A stretch of 64,000 bases of DNA from Podarcis vaucheri (lineage: Eukaryota): NCBI GenBank assembly GCA_965113315.1, contig OZ220365.1; one strand, 5' to 3'. Every line of letters starts with the position of its first letter. Positions within the stretch are counted from its first letter, which is position 1. The notes beneath the pieces are model-generated. The model did no database searches, was not told the DNA's origin, and worked only from the letters and a program-made list of their open reading frames with translations. A program made the position numbers and the translations under genes. Below, in pieces: positions 27,479 to 41,175 of the stretch.

Positions 27479-28950
27479 TCATAGAATCTTAGAGTTGGAG
27501 GGGATCCCAAGGGTCATCTAGTCCAACCCCTTGCAGCTCTGGACTCTCAGCTAAAGCATCCATGACAGATGGCCATCCAGCCTCTGTTTAAAAACCTCCA
27601 AGGAAGGAGAGTCCACCATCTCTCCACTGCTGAACAGCTCTTACTGTCAGAAAGCTTTTCCAAATGTTTATTTGGAATCTCCTTTCTTGTAACCTGAAGC
27701 CATTGGTTCAAGTCCTACCCTCCAGAGCAGGAGAAAACAAGCATGCTCCCTCCTCCATGTGACAGCCCTGAGGATGTTTCACCCCTCCCATTGCAAGAAT
27801 CTGCTGACAATGTTTCAGAAAGGATGGGGCGGATTTTGCTCATCGCTTCTTCTGCTACAGCCTGTAGGAGTCTGAGTGATATCTGTATATAGATAAGGTG
27901 ACTTCTCAAGCAACTGTAACACTCATGCAGTCCAGCGCCTCCAATTAGGCTTTAGTTAGTTTATGCAGTAGCTGTAGAGAATAAAAGAAGTTATACTTCA
28001 GAGCTGTCATTCATGTGGTTCATACTCTGCTGTGCTCCGTTGACTTTTGGAACTGAGTTTGGTGCTCACAGCTCTAAGTTGTGAGTCCACAGCACTTAGA
28101 CCTGCTCCCTGCAGTGGAAGGTCTCTGGAAGTGCTTTCCCAGCTCGCCTGGCCCACTCAGGGCTGAAAAGGTTGAGCCCAGTCGTTGACACTGGCTCAAA
28201 GACGAAGCTGACAAGCCCTTAAGATATTTGACGATAACTATCATATCTCCTCTCAGTCTCCTTTTTTACAGGCTAAATATACCCAGGTCCTTCAAGCGCT
28301 CCTCATAAGGTTTAGTTTCCAGACCCTTGATCATCTTGGTTGCCCCCCTCTGCACATGTTCCAGCTTGTCAACATCCATCTTAAATTGTAGTGCCCAGAA
28401 TTGGACATAGTATGCCAAGTATGGTCTGAGAAAGACAGAATAGAGTGGTACTATTGCTTCCCTTGATCTGGACACCACGTATATTTCTGTTGATGCAGCC
28501 TAGAATGGCATTAGCTTCTTCTTTTTTCTTCTTTTTTGCGCTGCTGCTGCATCACACTGTTTACTCATGTTTAGCTTGTGGTCCACCAAGACCCCTAGAT
28601 CCTTTTCTCATGCACTGCTAGTAAGCCAGGTGCCCCCCGTCCTATATTTGTGCATCTGGTTCTTCCTGCCTAAGTGCAGTTATATTTGTTCCTGCCTATT
28701 GAAATTCATTTTGTTAGCTTGTGCCCAGTTCTCCAATCTGTTAAAGTCATTTTGAATTCAGATTCTGCGGCATTAGCTACCCCTCCGAGTTTGATGTCAT
28801 CTGCAAATTTGATGAGCATCCCCTCAATTCCTTTATCCAAGTCATTTATAAAGATGTTGAACAACAACGGGCCCTGAACAGAACCCTGCGTCACCCCACT
28901 TGTCACTTTTTTCCAGGATGACGAGGAACCATAAATGAGTACCTCTTGGG
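27479..28950 (-). mobile_element. CR1 LINE, 5'-truncated and degraded, interrupted by a solo LTR
   Basis: Minus-strand peptides VTSGVTQGSVQGPLLFNIFINDLD...IKFADD and [11 protein letters not shown]...VQFW; ATTCTATGA-type tail at 27479. Confidence 0.9.
27769..28213 (+). mobile_element. Solo LTR (445 bp) nested in CR1
   Basis: TG...CA termini, 5-bp TSD AGCCC (27764-27768, 28214-28218), TATA-like TATATA near 27886, AATAAA at 27980; removing it rejoins the CR1 sequence. Confidence 0.75.
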
Positions 28951-29545
28951 ATTTAGACTATATCTTGGGTGCACGGTCTCCATCCATTTGTAATCACATG
29001 CCTATTTTTAAATAACACCATTTCATAATTAAATAGTCTTATGTTTCGAGATGAAGGGTACAGATCCACTGGTGAATTCACCCTTTAGAGATGGTAATGT
29101 TTTGAATTATATTTAGAGTTAGAAAACAAATTTGGAGGGAATATTTAACTTGTAAAAAATATTGTTGTTGTAAGCATAAACTGATTAAGATATATTTACT
29201 TTTTACTCAGGACTTACATTTTAGATGTGTCTATATAATTTCGACAAGTGTTGTGGCTCCTTCACATGCTACTATTTATCATTCTTGCCTTGAAACCATT
29301 TGCAGTTAGAGATTAAACAACAGTTTCTGATCAAACCCCAGAATATTCTTTCGTGGGTGGGTGAGAGACAGAGAGAGGAGATGGGACACAGCACTCATTC
29401 TCTGTTCAGTAAACTATGGATTGTTACCTATACATTTGAATCAGGCCTTTATTGTTAACAAACCAAAGTATACTAATCCATGCAGAAATGTAAATGGATG
29501 TCAATCTGTATTACAGAGATTAAACACTGCTAGTGAAACATAAAA

Positions 29546-30184
29546 ATGAGTGGCCGTCGAAAGCGTGCTCCTCCATCGAGGATGAATGATGAGAAAAAGA
29601 AGCAGCTCTGCTGGAATATGCATGATGACCGTAAAAATGAAGTGATAGATTTGGATGCAGTGGACGAAGACCAACCTCTTCCATGTACAAGCTCATCTTC
29701 TACAGCACATGTTGTTAGAAATGATGATAGCACTGATGAAGTTTCGACGCTCAAAGTAAACAACCTAAAATCATTGAGCTTCTCAACCATTTTGGATGAA
29801 GCAGAAGATTCCTGCCATCTCTTGACTTCCATATCCATACAGCTAAATATTGTGATATTTCCTTATATTTCTGATTCTAACTGGAAAACCTTGCTTGGAG
29901 AGTTCATTCTGCAACCTCTTCCTGGTCAACAACTAAGTGAGAATGTCCATAAAAAGAGTTTTACATTGATGAGAGCAGAACCTAGTGATCATTTGCGTAT
30001 CTGTATTCATGCAACGAACGTTGAGAAGGTGGATGAGAGGGAAGAATCATTACAGAACACTCATCAAGAAGACGTGTTAGTTGAATCATCTTTAAGTAAT
30101 GAAATGTTAGAAGACTTGATGTGGCTGCAAAAGAAGAGAGTAATTGTACTTTGTCAAAGATCCGGAGATGGCCAGTGCTTAAAG
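29546..30184 (+). CDS. SHPRH: SHPRH coding exon 1
   Basis: ATG 29546, [10 protein letters not shown]...GQCLK; donor AAAG|GTACTT. Confidence 0.92.
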
Positions 30185-33100
30185 GTACTTGATTTATGTA
30201 ATTAATAAGACTTCCTAATTGTTAAGAATAAGCCATTTATTTCGTACTTGAACATATTACGTGAACATCTGGTACCCTTTCTGTTTGATTTTCAGAGAAT
30301 TGTCTCTATTTACATTAACAATATTGTCATGCATATTTATTCAGAATTAAATTCCATTGAGTTCATTATGCACATAATCCTAAATATGTGTAGGATTTCA
30401 ATGTAAGATTGGTCCAATGAATATTAAAAGTTAGCCAAATGCTTGCCTGCAACATGAACATTATAGGTAGTTTTTTTGGTAAGATTTAGTTTAGCATATC
30501 CTAGGTTCCAGGAAGCTGTAGTTTACTCATACCATGGAATGTTATTTGAGCCACTTGGGGTCAAATATAACATTATAATCCGGATTACATGTAGAATCCA
30601 CAATTTATGCTTGACTAAGGCTTATATCTGATGGACTTTGGACTCCCCCAGAGAGCATTGACATTTCACACCTGAAGGTTTATGTTATTAGGGAAGTAGG
30701 ATTATTTTCAGAGTGCTAAATGTCACTTATTTGCACTGTCTTCTATCTAGATTCTGGGCATAATTCAAACAGCAGTTGGCTGAAGGATATATTGGTTACA
30801 GTTTTTGACTAAGAGCTGGGAGACCAGGGTTCTAGCCATGAAGCTCACTAGGGGACCTTGGCCCAGTCAATGTCTCTCAGCCTAGCCTATCTCACAGCAT
30901 TGTTATAAGGATAAAATGGAGAGATGGAGAACGATGTGTGCCCACTGAGCTTCTTGGAGGAAAGGTGGGATATAAAAGCAAGCAAGCAAGCAAAAAATAA
31001 AATAAGGCATCTGGGGATGGCATAGACTGTTTTTCCTTGAGTGTTGCTGCTTTGATCCATGGCTGTGCTTACGGGAAAATAATTATAATGGAAAATCTAA
31101 TAATGGATCTCCCACAACCATATAATTTGGTCCTTTAGCCACAAGTTGCCAAGGGTGGTCACCTATGAACTCTGCAATTCTAGCCATGTTTACTTGGAAG
31201 TAAGTCCTATTAAATTCAGTGGGGGTTGCTCACGGGTAAGCAAGTTTAGAATTCCAGTTTAGTCACCAGTAAGCTTATGATCTTTTTCTCACATTTTTTC
31301 TCCTTTTCTTGCACGTTCCAAAATTCATCTAAAAACTACATTCACAGGTTGGAATGTATCTTCTTGAAGTTGGTTTAAGCAAGCTAGAATTCCTTAGTGA
31401 TGGTGGTGGCAGAATAAAAAAAGCTAATCAACTTATTCAAAAACTGATGGAAAAATTCTACCACTTCATAATTCCAGGTAATCTTATTTGATAATATTGA
31501 CACATATTGGTTATACCATTAAAACATATATATGAGTTTTGAGGGAAATGTTCTTATCTTGGTGTTACATTAAGGTGACCTTAATTAATCTTCTAAATAC
31601 TATTTCTGGAGTAAAGAAGGTTTTAGCTTCTCTTAAAGTGTGGAAAGCAGAGCATAAATTATTTAAACTCTGTCACATTTGTCGGTGACTTTTGATACTT
31701 TTAACTTGAGTAAACTGCACACATACACAGAACATTCTCTGGTACAGCAAAGTAACAGGACATACTTCTTTCAGCTCAGGGGTGAGGATTCTGGAGATAA
31801 TCAAGAAATGAAATGCCTGCCAAATGACATAAAGGTATATGGAAATGTGGCCTAGAGTGGGTGTGCCTTTATATAAAGAGCAGAATATGTATGATTCAGA
31901 ATCATGTAGAAATATATCCCTATATGTCCTGCACTATCATTCAATTGTTGGCTTAGGACTCTGGGCAATACCTGTGCTGTGTTGGTCAAATCTATTCTAA
32001 TAATATTTATTCATATAAAAATAAGCAATAACTTTATTATAAAGATAATGTTTTGACCTCCAGGCTCTGTAGAGAACATCAGTCCGAATTACTGTACCCA
32101 AATGGTCAGTGGTTGCACAATATTACTAGAGATGTGTCATGTAAATTGGCATGATTTCTTTTGAAATTGGTGAAATTGCGCTGAGTAACAACTCTGTTTT
32201 GTGCATTTTTATTCTTGGCTCATAATGTGTAAAGTGCACATAATGTATAAATAGTCACAATTCGCTTGTAAAATTGAAAAAAAGTGATGATTGGGTATAG
32301 TGAATCGATGCATAAGTTGCACATTATTACCAGTGGAGACCCACACAGAATGGCAGAGGAGAGTGGAAGAAAAATAACTTGGCCTTGCATTTTTAAATGT
32401 CTTTTGATTCTTCATTCTCTCCCTTCATCATCTGCTCAAGCCCTTACATGTTCCTCTTCCTTGTGTTCAACCTATCCCTGTTCATAGTCACTCCACTTAT
32501 TTTTCTTACTTTATACAGTGAGGGTGGGTAGTGGTTGGCTATTAAAGGATAGCATCTGGTTTTCTGCATCACAGCTGCTGCAAGAGGATTTGTTCATCAG
32601 CAGCAAATTTAATCAACACATTAATTATAATATTATCACCTTCACTGTTCACCAAGTACAAGGAAAGTGTTGTGAATGAAATCAAGATTTTGTTTTTAAA
32701 AATTGCGAACTGATGTTGGTACTGTAAGCTTTTTAAATAATGGAAATAAATTATAATTTCTTAAAACAAACTCAGTACTTTAAAAATTGTATTCTAGCCA
32801 GTTCCTAGTATTATTTATTGGTCATGTTTTTTATCTTAAAAGAGAGCCAAGTTCTCTTCTTCCCCTCCAAGAACTATTTGGTATTATACCTAAGATTGGG
32901 AACAATATGGTACTGGATTAATATTTCTTAGTACAGGGATACTATTTTTACCCATTTGTTTTGTTACTTCATTGCAGTACGTTTAAGGTATTGCAAACAT
33001 TACTGATTGTGAATCAGTGCCATATGGTTCTTTTAGATATTCTGGAGGAAGATGAAGAGGAATCCGATAGAGATATAGAGCGGCAAAATATTGAAGAGCT

Positions 33101-36100
33101 TTATGACTATGTGAGGCATACACACCAAAAAGAAATTCAGTTTTTGAAGGAGAATGTACAGCACTCTGCACTGATTCCTGTATTGAGGCCATACCAAACT
33201 GAGGCTGTAAACTGGATGCTGCAGCGTGAGAACTTCAAAAATGTACCAACCAATGGCAAGTATCTCGAAAAAGGCAACATAAATATACATCTTGATTACA
33301 GTGATACTGATAGAAATTCATGATGATGTATTAGTTATAAGAAAGTCGCACATCATTCCCCACCTCAAGTAGCAAAAATTCAATGCCCTGCTTGTGTGAA
33401 TAGAACTGCTTTCTGCTAAGGCAAAGTTGCCAATGAATACAAGCCATTGTGCATCCTGGATTGCTGATCTTAGACATGCTCATATTGCATACATCAGCAC
33501 TTAGTTTATACACAACATAAGGGTTGTTTGTGTTTCTAACATACCAGGTGTGGCATTAATGTGCATCATTTGGTTCAGAAGTGGCTAATTACGAATAGAA
33601 CCCCCTTTAGGGAAATTTCATTCCCCCTCTCCCATATTTTTATTTTTGGCAATTTCCTTCCTAGTTATTGCTTATTTCCTTGATGCTGTAGGCAGGAAAT
33701 GTATGTAACCTGAATCTTAGATTATTACATCTGGAATATAGTAGGTACTCCATGTAAATTTCCATTTAGGGCAACTGGGGTCTGGGGATGGCTTAAATGC
33801 TGGAAACATTATGAGCTCTGAGAATTAGCTTCTGTAGATTACCTGTGATTCATAGTTCCTATTTAATTTACACGATTATCTTGAGAAGGAATAAAGTAGA
33901 CCTACACTAGCTAAGAGAGTAAGCTGTGGGTCAGAAAGTCTCTGGTTCATATCTAATCATGATCATAAACCCACTAGTTGGTCTTAGGCATGTACTTGGA
34001 CAAGTTGTCTTTCAAGCTTCTTGATCTGTAAAACTGGGCTTAATAATGCTGGTTTACTTTATGGGATTACTGTAAGGATTTGTGTATGTAAAACACTATA
34101 AAGTACTAAGTACTAAGTGGTGGTGTTACCCAGATTTACAATCTGGTCATTTAAGGGTCTTGTAACTATTTGTACTGGGTTCATTTAATCTTATAGAAGC
34201 TGAAGGGGCATTGGTCTGTAAGAGAACATAGGGCTCGAGGGATTGTGGAATGATCAAATAAGATTCCTCAGAGCTTCAGTTTCTGTACTTTCAACTTTGA
34301 AGATAAGCGAAGAAGCAGTCAAAATAAATTTAAATCATATGAGTAGCATTTGTATGAATCTCATTGTTTTCTTCTTTCTCTCAGTAGAAAATGCACTCCA
34401 CTTCTTATGGAGAGAGTTTATTACTTTAGATGGACTAAAACTGTACTATAATCCTTTTACTGGCTGGTAAGGATTATTGGTCTTATTATTACAGCCAAAG
34501 TGCATACAATTTAAGTAATTGTGTTTAATGCTATAAATATCACTCCAGCACTTGTTTTATGAAAATTCCTTAATGTGACTATTTCCTAGATTTAAGCAAT
34601 AAGAAATTATATAAATATCTTTTGAATACTTCTGAAGATGAGAAAGGAAAATATGACAGAGATTGGGAAAGGAATTAAAACTTAGTCTGATTTCATAGAC
34701 CCATAGAATTGTAACTTGAAAGGGACCCTGAGGGTCATGTAGACCAACCCTCTGCAACACAGAAATCTCAACACATGGTTCTCCATCCAATTTGAAAGTA
34801 TATTGGATCCTGCTTCATTTTGCAAATGAGCAGTTTTATTTAATTCTGTACTTGATTGATAATGAAATATATATCGTTTCCTTTCTGTTCTTAAAAAATG
34901 TGTAGGTACTAGGATTAAAGCAACTCTTATGATGGATTTTGTTATGTGTATATCTTAAATATTAGAGATTGGGTTGTCCACAATCCTTCTCCAAATGCAT
35001 GTATTTCTAGAATGTTACCTACTTCAGAAAATGCCAATGTAGTCATTTGCTTCTGTTAAATTTGTGATCAGAAATTATACATACACATAACATGTTCTTA
35101 ACTAGGATGAATCTTTGGTCTTCAGCATTATTCGTGAACGCCCAGTTGCTGGGCCTCAGTGGCCTGGAGGAATATTGGCAGATGAGATGGGCCTTGGAAA
35201 AACAGTAGAAGTATTGTCCCTTATCCTGACACACACTCGAAAGGATGTTAAACAGGATGCTCTGATGTTACCTGAGGTGAGAAATTTGTAGTAGGTATGA
35301 GAATGAAGCAAATGGTTCCAATACTCGAGAAGTGATTTGGTCCTTGCCGGGGTAGGTGGTGAGGGGAGAAGAGACCATTCTTGGTAGCAGAACATTGAGC
35401 TAGGGGTTTATTAGAACTGCTCTTTTATGTTTATATTCATAATAAATTATTCATTTTTTTTCATTTCCACAAGTCTTAAGTTTCATGTCCATCCATAATC
35501 AAATCCCATTTTATTAAAAATGGGGGGAAGTTTTATGATGTTTAAGCATATGTATACAAAAACAAACATGGGACTGGTTGCTTAACTGTGTATCTTCAGC
35601 ATTAATAAATACAACTTTAAAATCTGTATAAATTGAGCAAGAGTTTACCACTCAGTCTCAGATTTATGTTGGACCAGATTGTATGCTTATTTTTCGACAT
35701 GCCTGATTTTTTTCTACTGAAGTTCTTACTATTATACAATAGATTACAGGTTACCATCTAGAACCAAATGCCAAATTGGTCCAGAATTGAACCTCCTGAA
35801 TTGAACAAATTGATCTACAACCTACATAATCTGGTTGATCATAATAAATTTAGTATTAGACAATTTTAGAAGATACCAGAAGCACCAAGTTTCACAGAAT
35901 AGGGTTCATGAAAGTCAGGAAAATTGTTTTTGTTGACAAAATTTGTGTACTTCTCCCAGGGCCAAGCAAAATATACAGCATTCACTAGGCTAAGCTTATT
36001 GAGAGATTATCTTTATTTGTAAATTACTAGAATAACAAATTTTAGGTCAACATACAACCTTGTGTGTTTTTTTCTATGTTTTGAAGACCTTGCCTCATAC

Positions 36101-39100
36101 CTGTGCATTGCTATAGTTCATATTCTATATATTAGGGCCAATCTGGTAATAGCAAATTAATATTTTCTCTGTGCCCAATCTATTTATTATTAACTTTTTC
36201 TTTTACTATTTTATGTTGGTCATTATCAAACTCTCATGTTGCCCCATGATGTCGTTCCTTTTGTACAAAGACTTTGGCTTGTCTGGTGGAATTTCCCCTC
36301 TTCTCTCCTCCTGCACACCACCAAATTTTTAAATACCTTTAAATATTAGTTTTTCACTTCAGCTGGGATATCTGTTTGATATCACCAATCTTAACCATAT
36401 TGTTAGTGAATTGTTACTGTTTGCCATTGCATTGTCACATTGCATTGTCCCCAGCCTTAGTTTTTCTGTGTTGAGTCAGTAGATAATATTCAAATATTCT
36501 TGGCATGCTTGTTTAAGATACATTAATTGTGCGTCAGACTCAGTGATGCAAATGTTAATTTTGTGAAGCAGGTCAGCATGGTAGCTGAACATAAATCTGA
36601 TATTGTTAAAATTATCTCTTAGGGTTTTTTGGTAAACTTCTTTGTTCCGCCTCAACCTAGTGAAGGAAGCAAAAAGAAAAGCATAAAGAAAATGGAACTT
36701 AAATTGAAGGAAAAAGTGCACTATCCTAGTAAGTGTTCTTCAGTAGGTTTAATTTGCCAGAAGCAATAATAAGAAATATGTACCATTCACAGTAGCTTTG
36801 GTACTGGGTCTAAAGGCTCCTTCCTGCAGAAACATCTAACTAGACTACTTTGAATTTGTGGGCAAAGAGTGGTAGAATTGCTGTTGAAAACAAAATATTT
36901 AAAAGCCGCACAGCCAGGCCAATATTTATTTGCCATTATACACTATGTGTATATGCATTCTGCCTGTTTCCTACTATTCTTTGTACCAATTTGGTGTGAC
37001 ATATTTGCAGATACATTTATTGCTGCATAAAAATGATTGCAGAGATTGATAATATAAAATAACTGACAGATCAGTACTGCCGGATATAGTTAGGATTTCT
37101 GTATATTACAGAAGAGCTAAAGTCTATGCATTAGCATTGCACGTTTTACTTTGATACAAAGATGCAGACATGGTTCCCATATCAGTGGGGGGACTCATTC
37201 AGATGTCTCAAGCAGACATTAGGGAACACTGTTGAGTATATTCTTTGAGAAGCTGTTGAGGTTCGCATGAGATCGAAGGTAAAATGGGTTGTGGTCTTTC
37301 AAAAAATAATAATACTTTTAACATGAAAGTCATTTGTAGCATATATGAAATGAATAAAGCATTTACTACCAAGCCCCCCAAATTTATCTTTATTTATTGA
37401 GGTTTTAGTATATGATAATGATGCTTTTCACATCAGGGCAGGTCCTAAATTGATTGCATGCAATTGAATAATTATGTTTAAGGGTTTCCCCCCCAAAATT
37501 ATTTGAAATACTGCAATAGGTTCCTTTAATTTTGTTAACTTTTCCTATTAACTAGTTTTGCAGAATTGATTATAGATGAAAATTAACGTTACATCAATTT
37601 TTAAAAAAGAATAGTCGGTGCTGCATTAGTATTGTATTGGATTTGAAATTGTTCATCACTTTGAGATGTTTTCATGGAAAGTGATTCCTAAATAAATACA
37701 TAAATACTGTTAAAATCTTAACATTATTTTGTGACCTCTTTTTGCACAACTTATCATAGATATTTATGCCTTCACAATAGGTTTGCGAGTGATGCTCTTA
37801 ACAGCTATAAAAGAAATGAATGTGAAGAAGGGAGCATCTATTGTGGCAATTTTTAAGTATGTCCATGCCATATACAAGTATGACACACACAGAAACCGTC
37901 GCATTCTTAAAAGGACTCTGGAAAAATTAATTGCAGAGAAGGTAGTGGAACAGGTCAAAGGTCATGGTCTTGCTGGTTCTTTCAAGCTGGGCAGAAACTA
38001 CAAGGAACAGAAATTTTGTAATAAATTAAAAAAAGAGGTAACCTGGGAGTTTTTTTTAATCCATGGAGGGAATAATTTCTATTTAAGTGTTTTGATACAT
38101 GTCCATTATAGTAATTTTGGGAATGGGAGCAAATGAGAACAGAGCAGATAAGTCAATTGAACAAGAGCTGATAGAATTCAGGGAGTAATCGCTGTGTAGG
38201 AAATCTTATCTGGATTTGCCATTGGATATTTTCCACCATCTGCTTTAATGACTGTAGTCTCAAAAGTTGTTGTGAGATATCTTCATATCAATCCCTGAAC
38301 ATTTTAATGGGTTGAAATAATTGCATGTAATTTAGGCCATGGAGAACTGGGTTTGAACCCCAATGGCTGATAATGAGAATGAATGTACTTATAATGTGCA
38401 GTAGATCTCTTGGGTGTAATGCTATTACACTGTTTAATGAATAACAGATGTGTTGCATAGTAGTTTGGGGTGTAGTTTCTCAGTGTTAAACTGCCGTGCT
38501 GAATTAGAGGACAAAAAAGAACTGAAAATGTATAACAGTGTATACACACGCACACATATTTATATATATATTCCTATATGCATTAAAATGTAAGATGTCA
38601 ACACTCTGCAATTTGCATGGCCACTGATAGGCAACCTATCAGTGAGCTGTTTATTGGAAGGGGTGGGATGCTGTAGCAGAGTTTAATGGGGAAAGCCCTT
38701 CACACAGTAGTTGGGCAGGTAAGGGTTGAGATATAAAAGGGCGGTGGGGTTGGTTAGGTGTGTGGGAAGGGCAAAGGGGTTGGTGAACAGAGCAGGGGTG
38801 GCAACCCCTAGTAAGAGTGTGTGTGTGTTTCTTTGTTTGGAACTCCCTTTAAAAAGTCTTGTAAAAGTCTACTTAGTATCCTGAAAGTGTATTTTGTTCC
38901 AAACATGCACAGAATGCAGCATGCACATTGGGACTTTTCCAGCTCCCCTTCCCTTGTGCCGCCTAATTAAGTGTTTGATTTAATCCAGAGTGTTTTTATG
39001 AAGCTGAAAAAGCAAAATAAGTTTATTTTATTTTATTTGTTTGTTTTAGAAAATAAAAACTTCAGCTAGGGTTCAGAAGAAAAATTCACCAGAAAATAAG

Positions 39101-41117
39101 AATGAAACCAAAGAATTGGGAGATGAGGGCACGTGCTATCCAAATGGTCTTAAACTATCTCAGGCAGTAGACATCACAGCAGAAGAGCATGATTACTGTA
39201 CAAGAAGCAAAGATAATACAAAATCAGAAATGGATCCTAAGGGCTGGATAATGCAAGAAGATTCTCTGCATAGAACTTCTGACTTGCAAGAAAATAGGCC
39301 TATTTCAAAAAACAAAACGTATTCTACTGACATTTCTAAAAAAGATGATGAAGCTGAAGAGCAGCCAGACAACTCAGAAGGCCAGTCTACAGCCTCTCAA
39401 GAACACACTAGCATTTTTGTACCACATCCTGGTTCTATTTTTCCATTCAATACCTCTGATTATCGCTTTGAATGCATATGTGGTGAGCTTGGCTTGGTTG
39501 ACTATAAGGCCCGTGTGCAGTGCCTGAACTGCCACCTGTGGCAGCATGCTGAGTGTGTGAACTACAAAGAAGAAAATCTAAAGATCAAGCCCTTTTACTG
39601 TCCCCATTGCCTTGTAGCAATGAAACCAGTTCCAACAGGAGCTACTCTGATAATCTCTCCAAGTTCTATCTGCCACCAGTGGGTTGATGAGATTAACAGG
39701 CACGTGAGATCATCTTCTCTTCGAGTGTTGGTAAGAAAAGGTGTTTCACAGCAGCCAATAGGGGAAGTATACTATGTTGAGGTAGAGTGTAGCAAATGCA
39801 GTTATTAAGTGAGTAGAATGAAAATATTTTCACTCCTGGGTAGTTGTTAAAATAAATGCCCAGCATTTCAGTACATTTTGATAATGGTAGTAATCCTTAA
39901 GATTTTTTTGCAGGATAGATTGATTTATATTAAGACAATTTAAATCAGTGATTTAAAATCAACAAGGAAAAAAATGCCAATGTAAATCAAGGGCTGTGTC
40001 CAACAAAATTGTTCATGCAAATACTTCTCCGTTTGTCACAGAACTTCCTCTTATCTTCTGAAAAAGATTATTTCTTGTAAATCTTTGTTTCTAAAGTAGT
40101 CAGTTCTTGATTTAGCAATCATTTCTGTCATGAAACTTGAGAGCCAAGTTATAGAGAACCTACATTTTTTTTAACCACCGCATGCTTAACTGTGAATAAA
40201 GCTTGTCATCATAGTGTTAAAATCCTACAAGGCAGGAAATTTTCAGCTTCTCAGTGTTCTGTGTCTCTCCCCCTCCCTCAATTTAATTGTCGATGCTTTC
40301 TCTCATGTGCATTGTGCCCAAATTTATGCAGGTTTATCAAGGAGTGAAGAAGCATGGTTTCTTGCAGCCTCACATCTTGGCAGAGCAGGAAGTAGTGATC
40401 ACCACATATGATGTCCTTCGTAGTGAACTGAACTATGTGGACATTCCTCACAGTAATAGTGAAGATGGACGCCGTTTCAGGAACCAGAAGCGTTATATGG
40501 CTATCCCAAGTCCCTTGGTAGCTGTGGAGTGGTGGAGAATTTGCCTGGATGAAGCACAGATGGTAGAATGCACCACTGCAAAGGTGAGAATGAACATGAG
40601 TTGCTTGGGTATGACCCTGTTGAACATGTACAACATAAAAGCAAATGAAAGAGCCTACTTGTATACCCTTTTAACACGCGGGCATATAAATTTGACCTTA
40701 ACATTTATTCTTCTGAAGTGACTAATATAGTTTCCCTTGGAGGTGTTACTAAATGTTTTATCTGCCGGAGGTTTGACTTGCTATGAAGCTTAGTACTTTT
40801 TATAATTTAATCTCTTAACACAATGTATTCTGACAGTGTAAAGAACTAGGTCATCGTGTATATTACACTGCTTGATAGTTGAAAGCAAGATGTTAGTCTG
40901 TTTCAGTGCCTATCTAAACAGGCAGAGGGTCTACCCTTGGGTCTAGAAGCTGTAAAACGGTCTTTATTGACATTAAGAAATATTAAGCAGGACCATTTCA
41001 GCTGTTTGCAAAGCGATACTGCTGTGAATACCTGCTCACCTCCAGTAAAGGAATTTATTGGTGGATGACATTGCATATTTGAACAGCTAATCTTTTGAAC
41101 AGTAACAATGTGATATT

Positions 41118-41175
<58 letters not shown>

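Noticed and set aside
37783-38136. Stand-alone histone H1-like gene
   Set aside because: It is the H15-domain exon of SHPRH, with in-phase splice sites.
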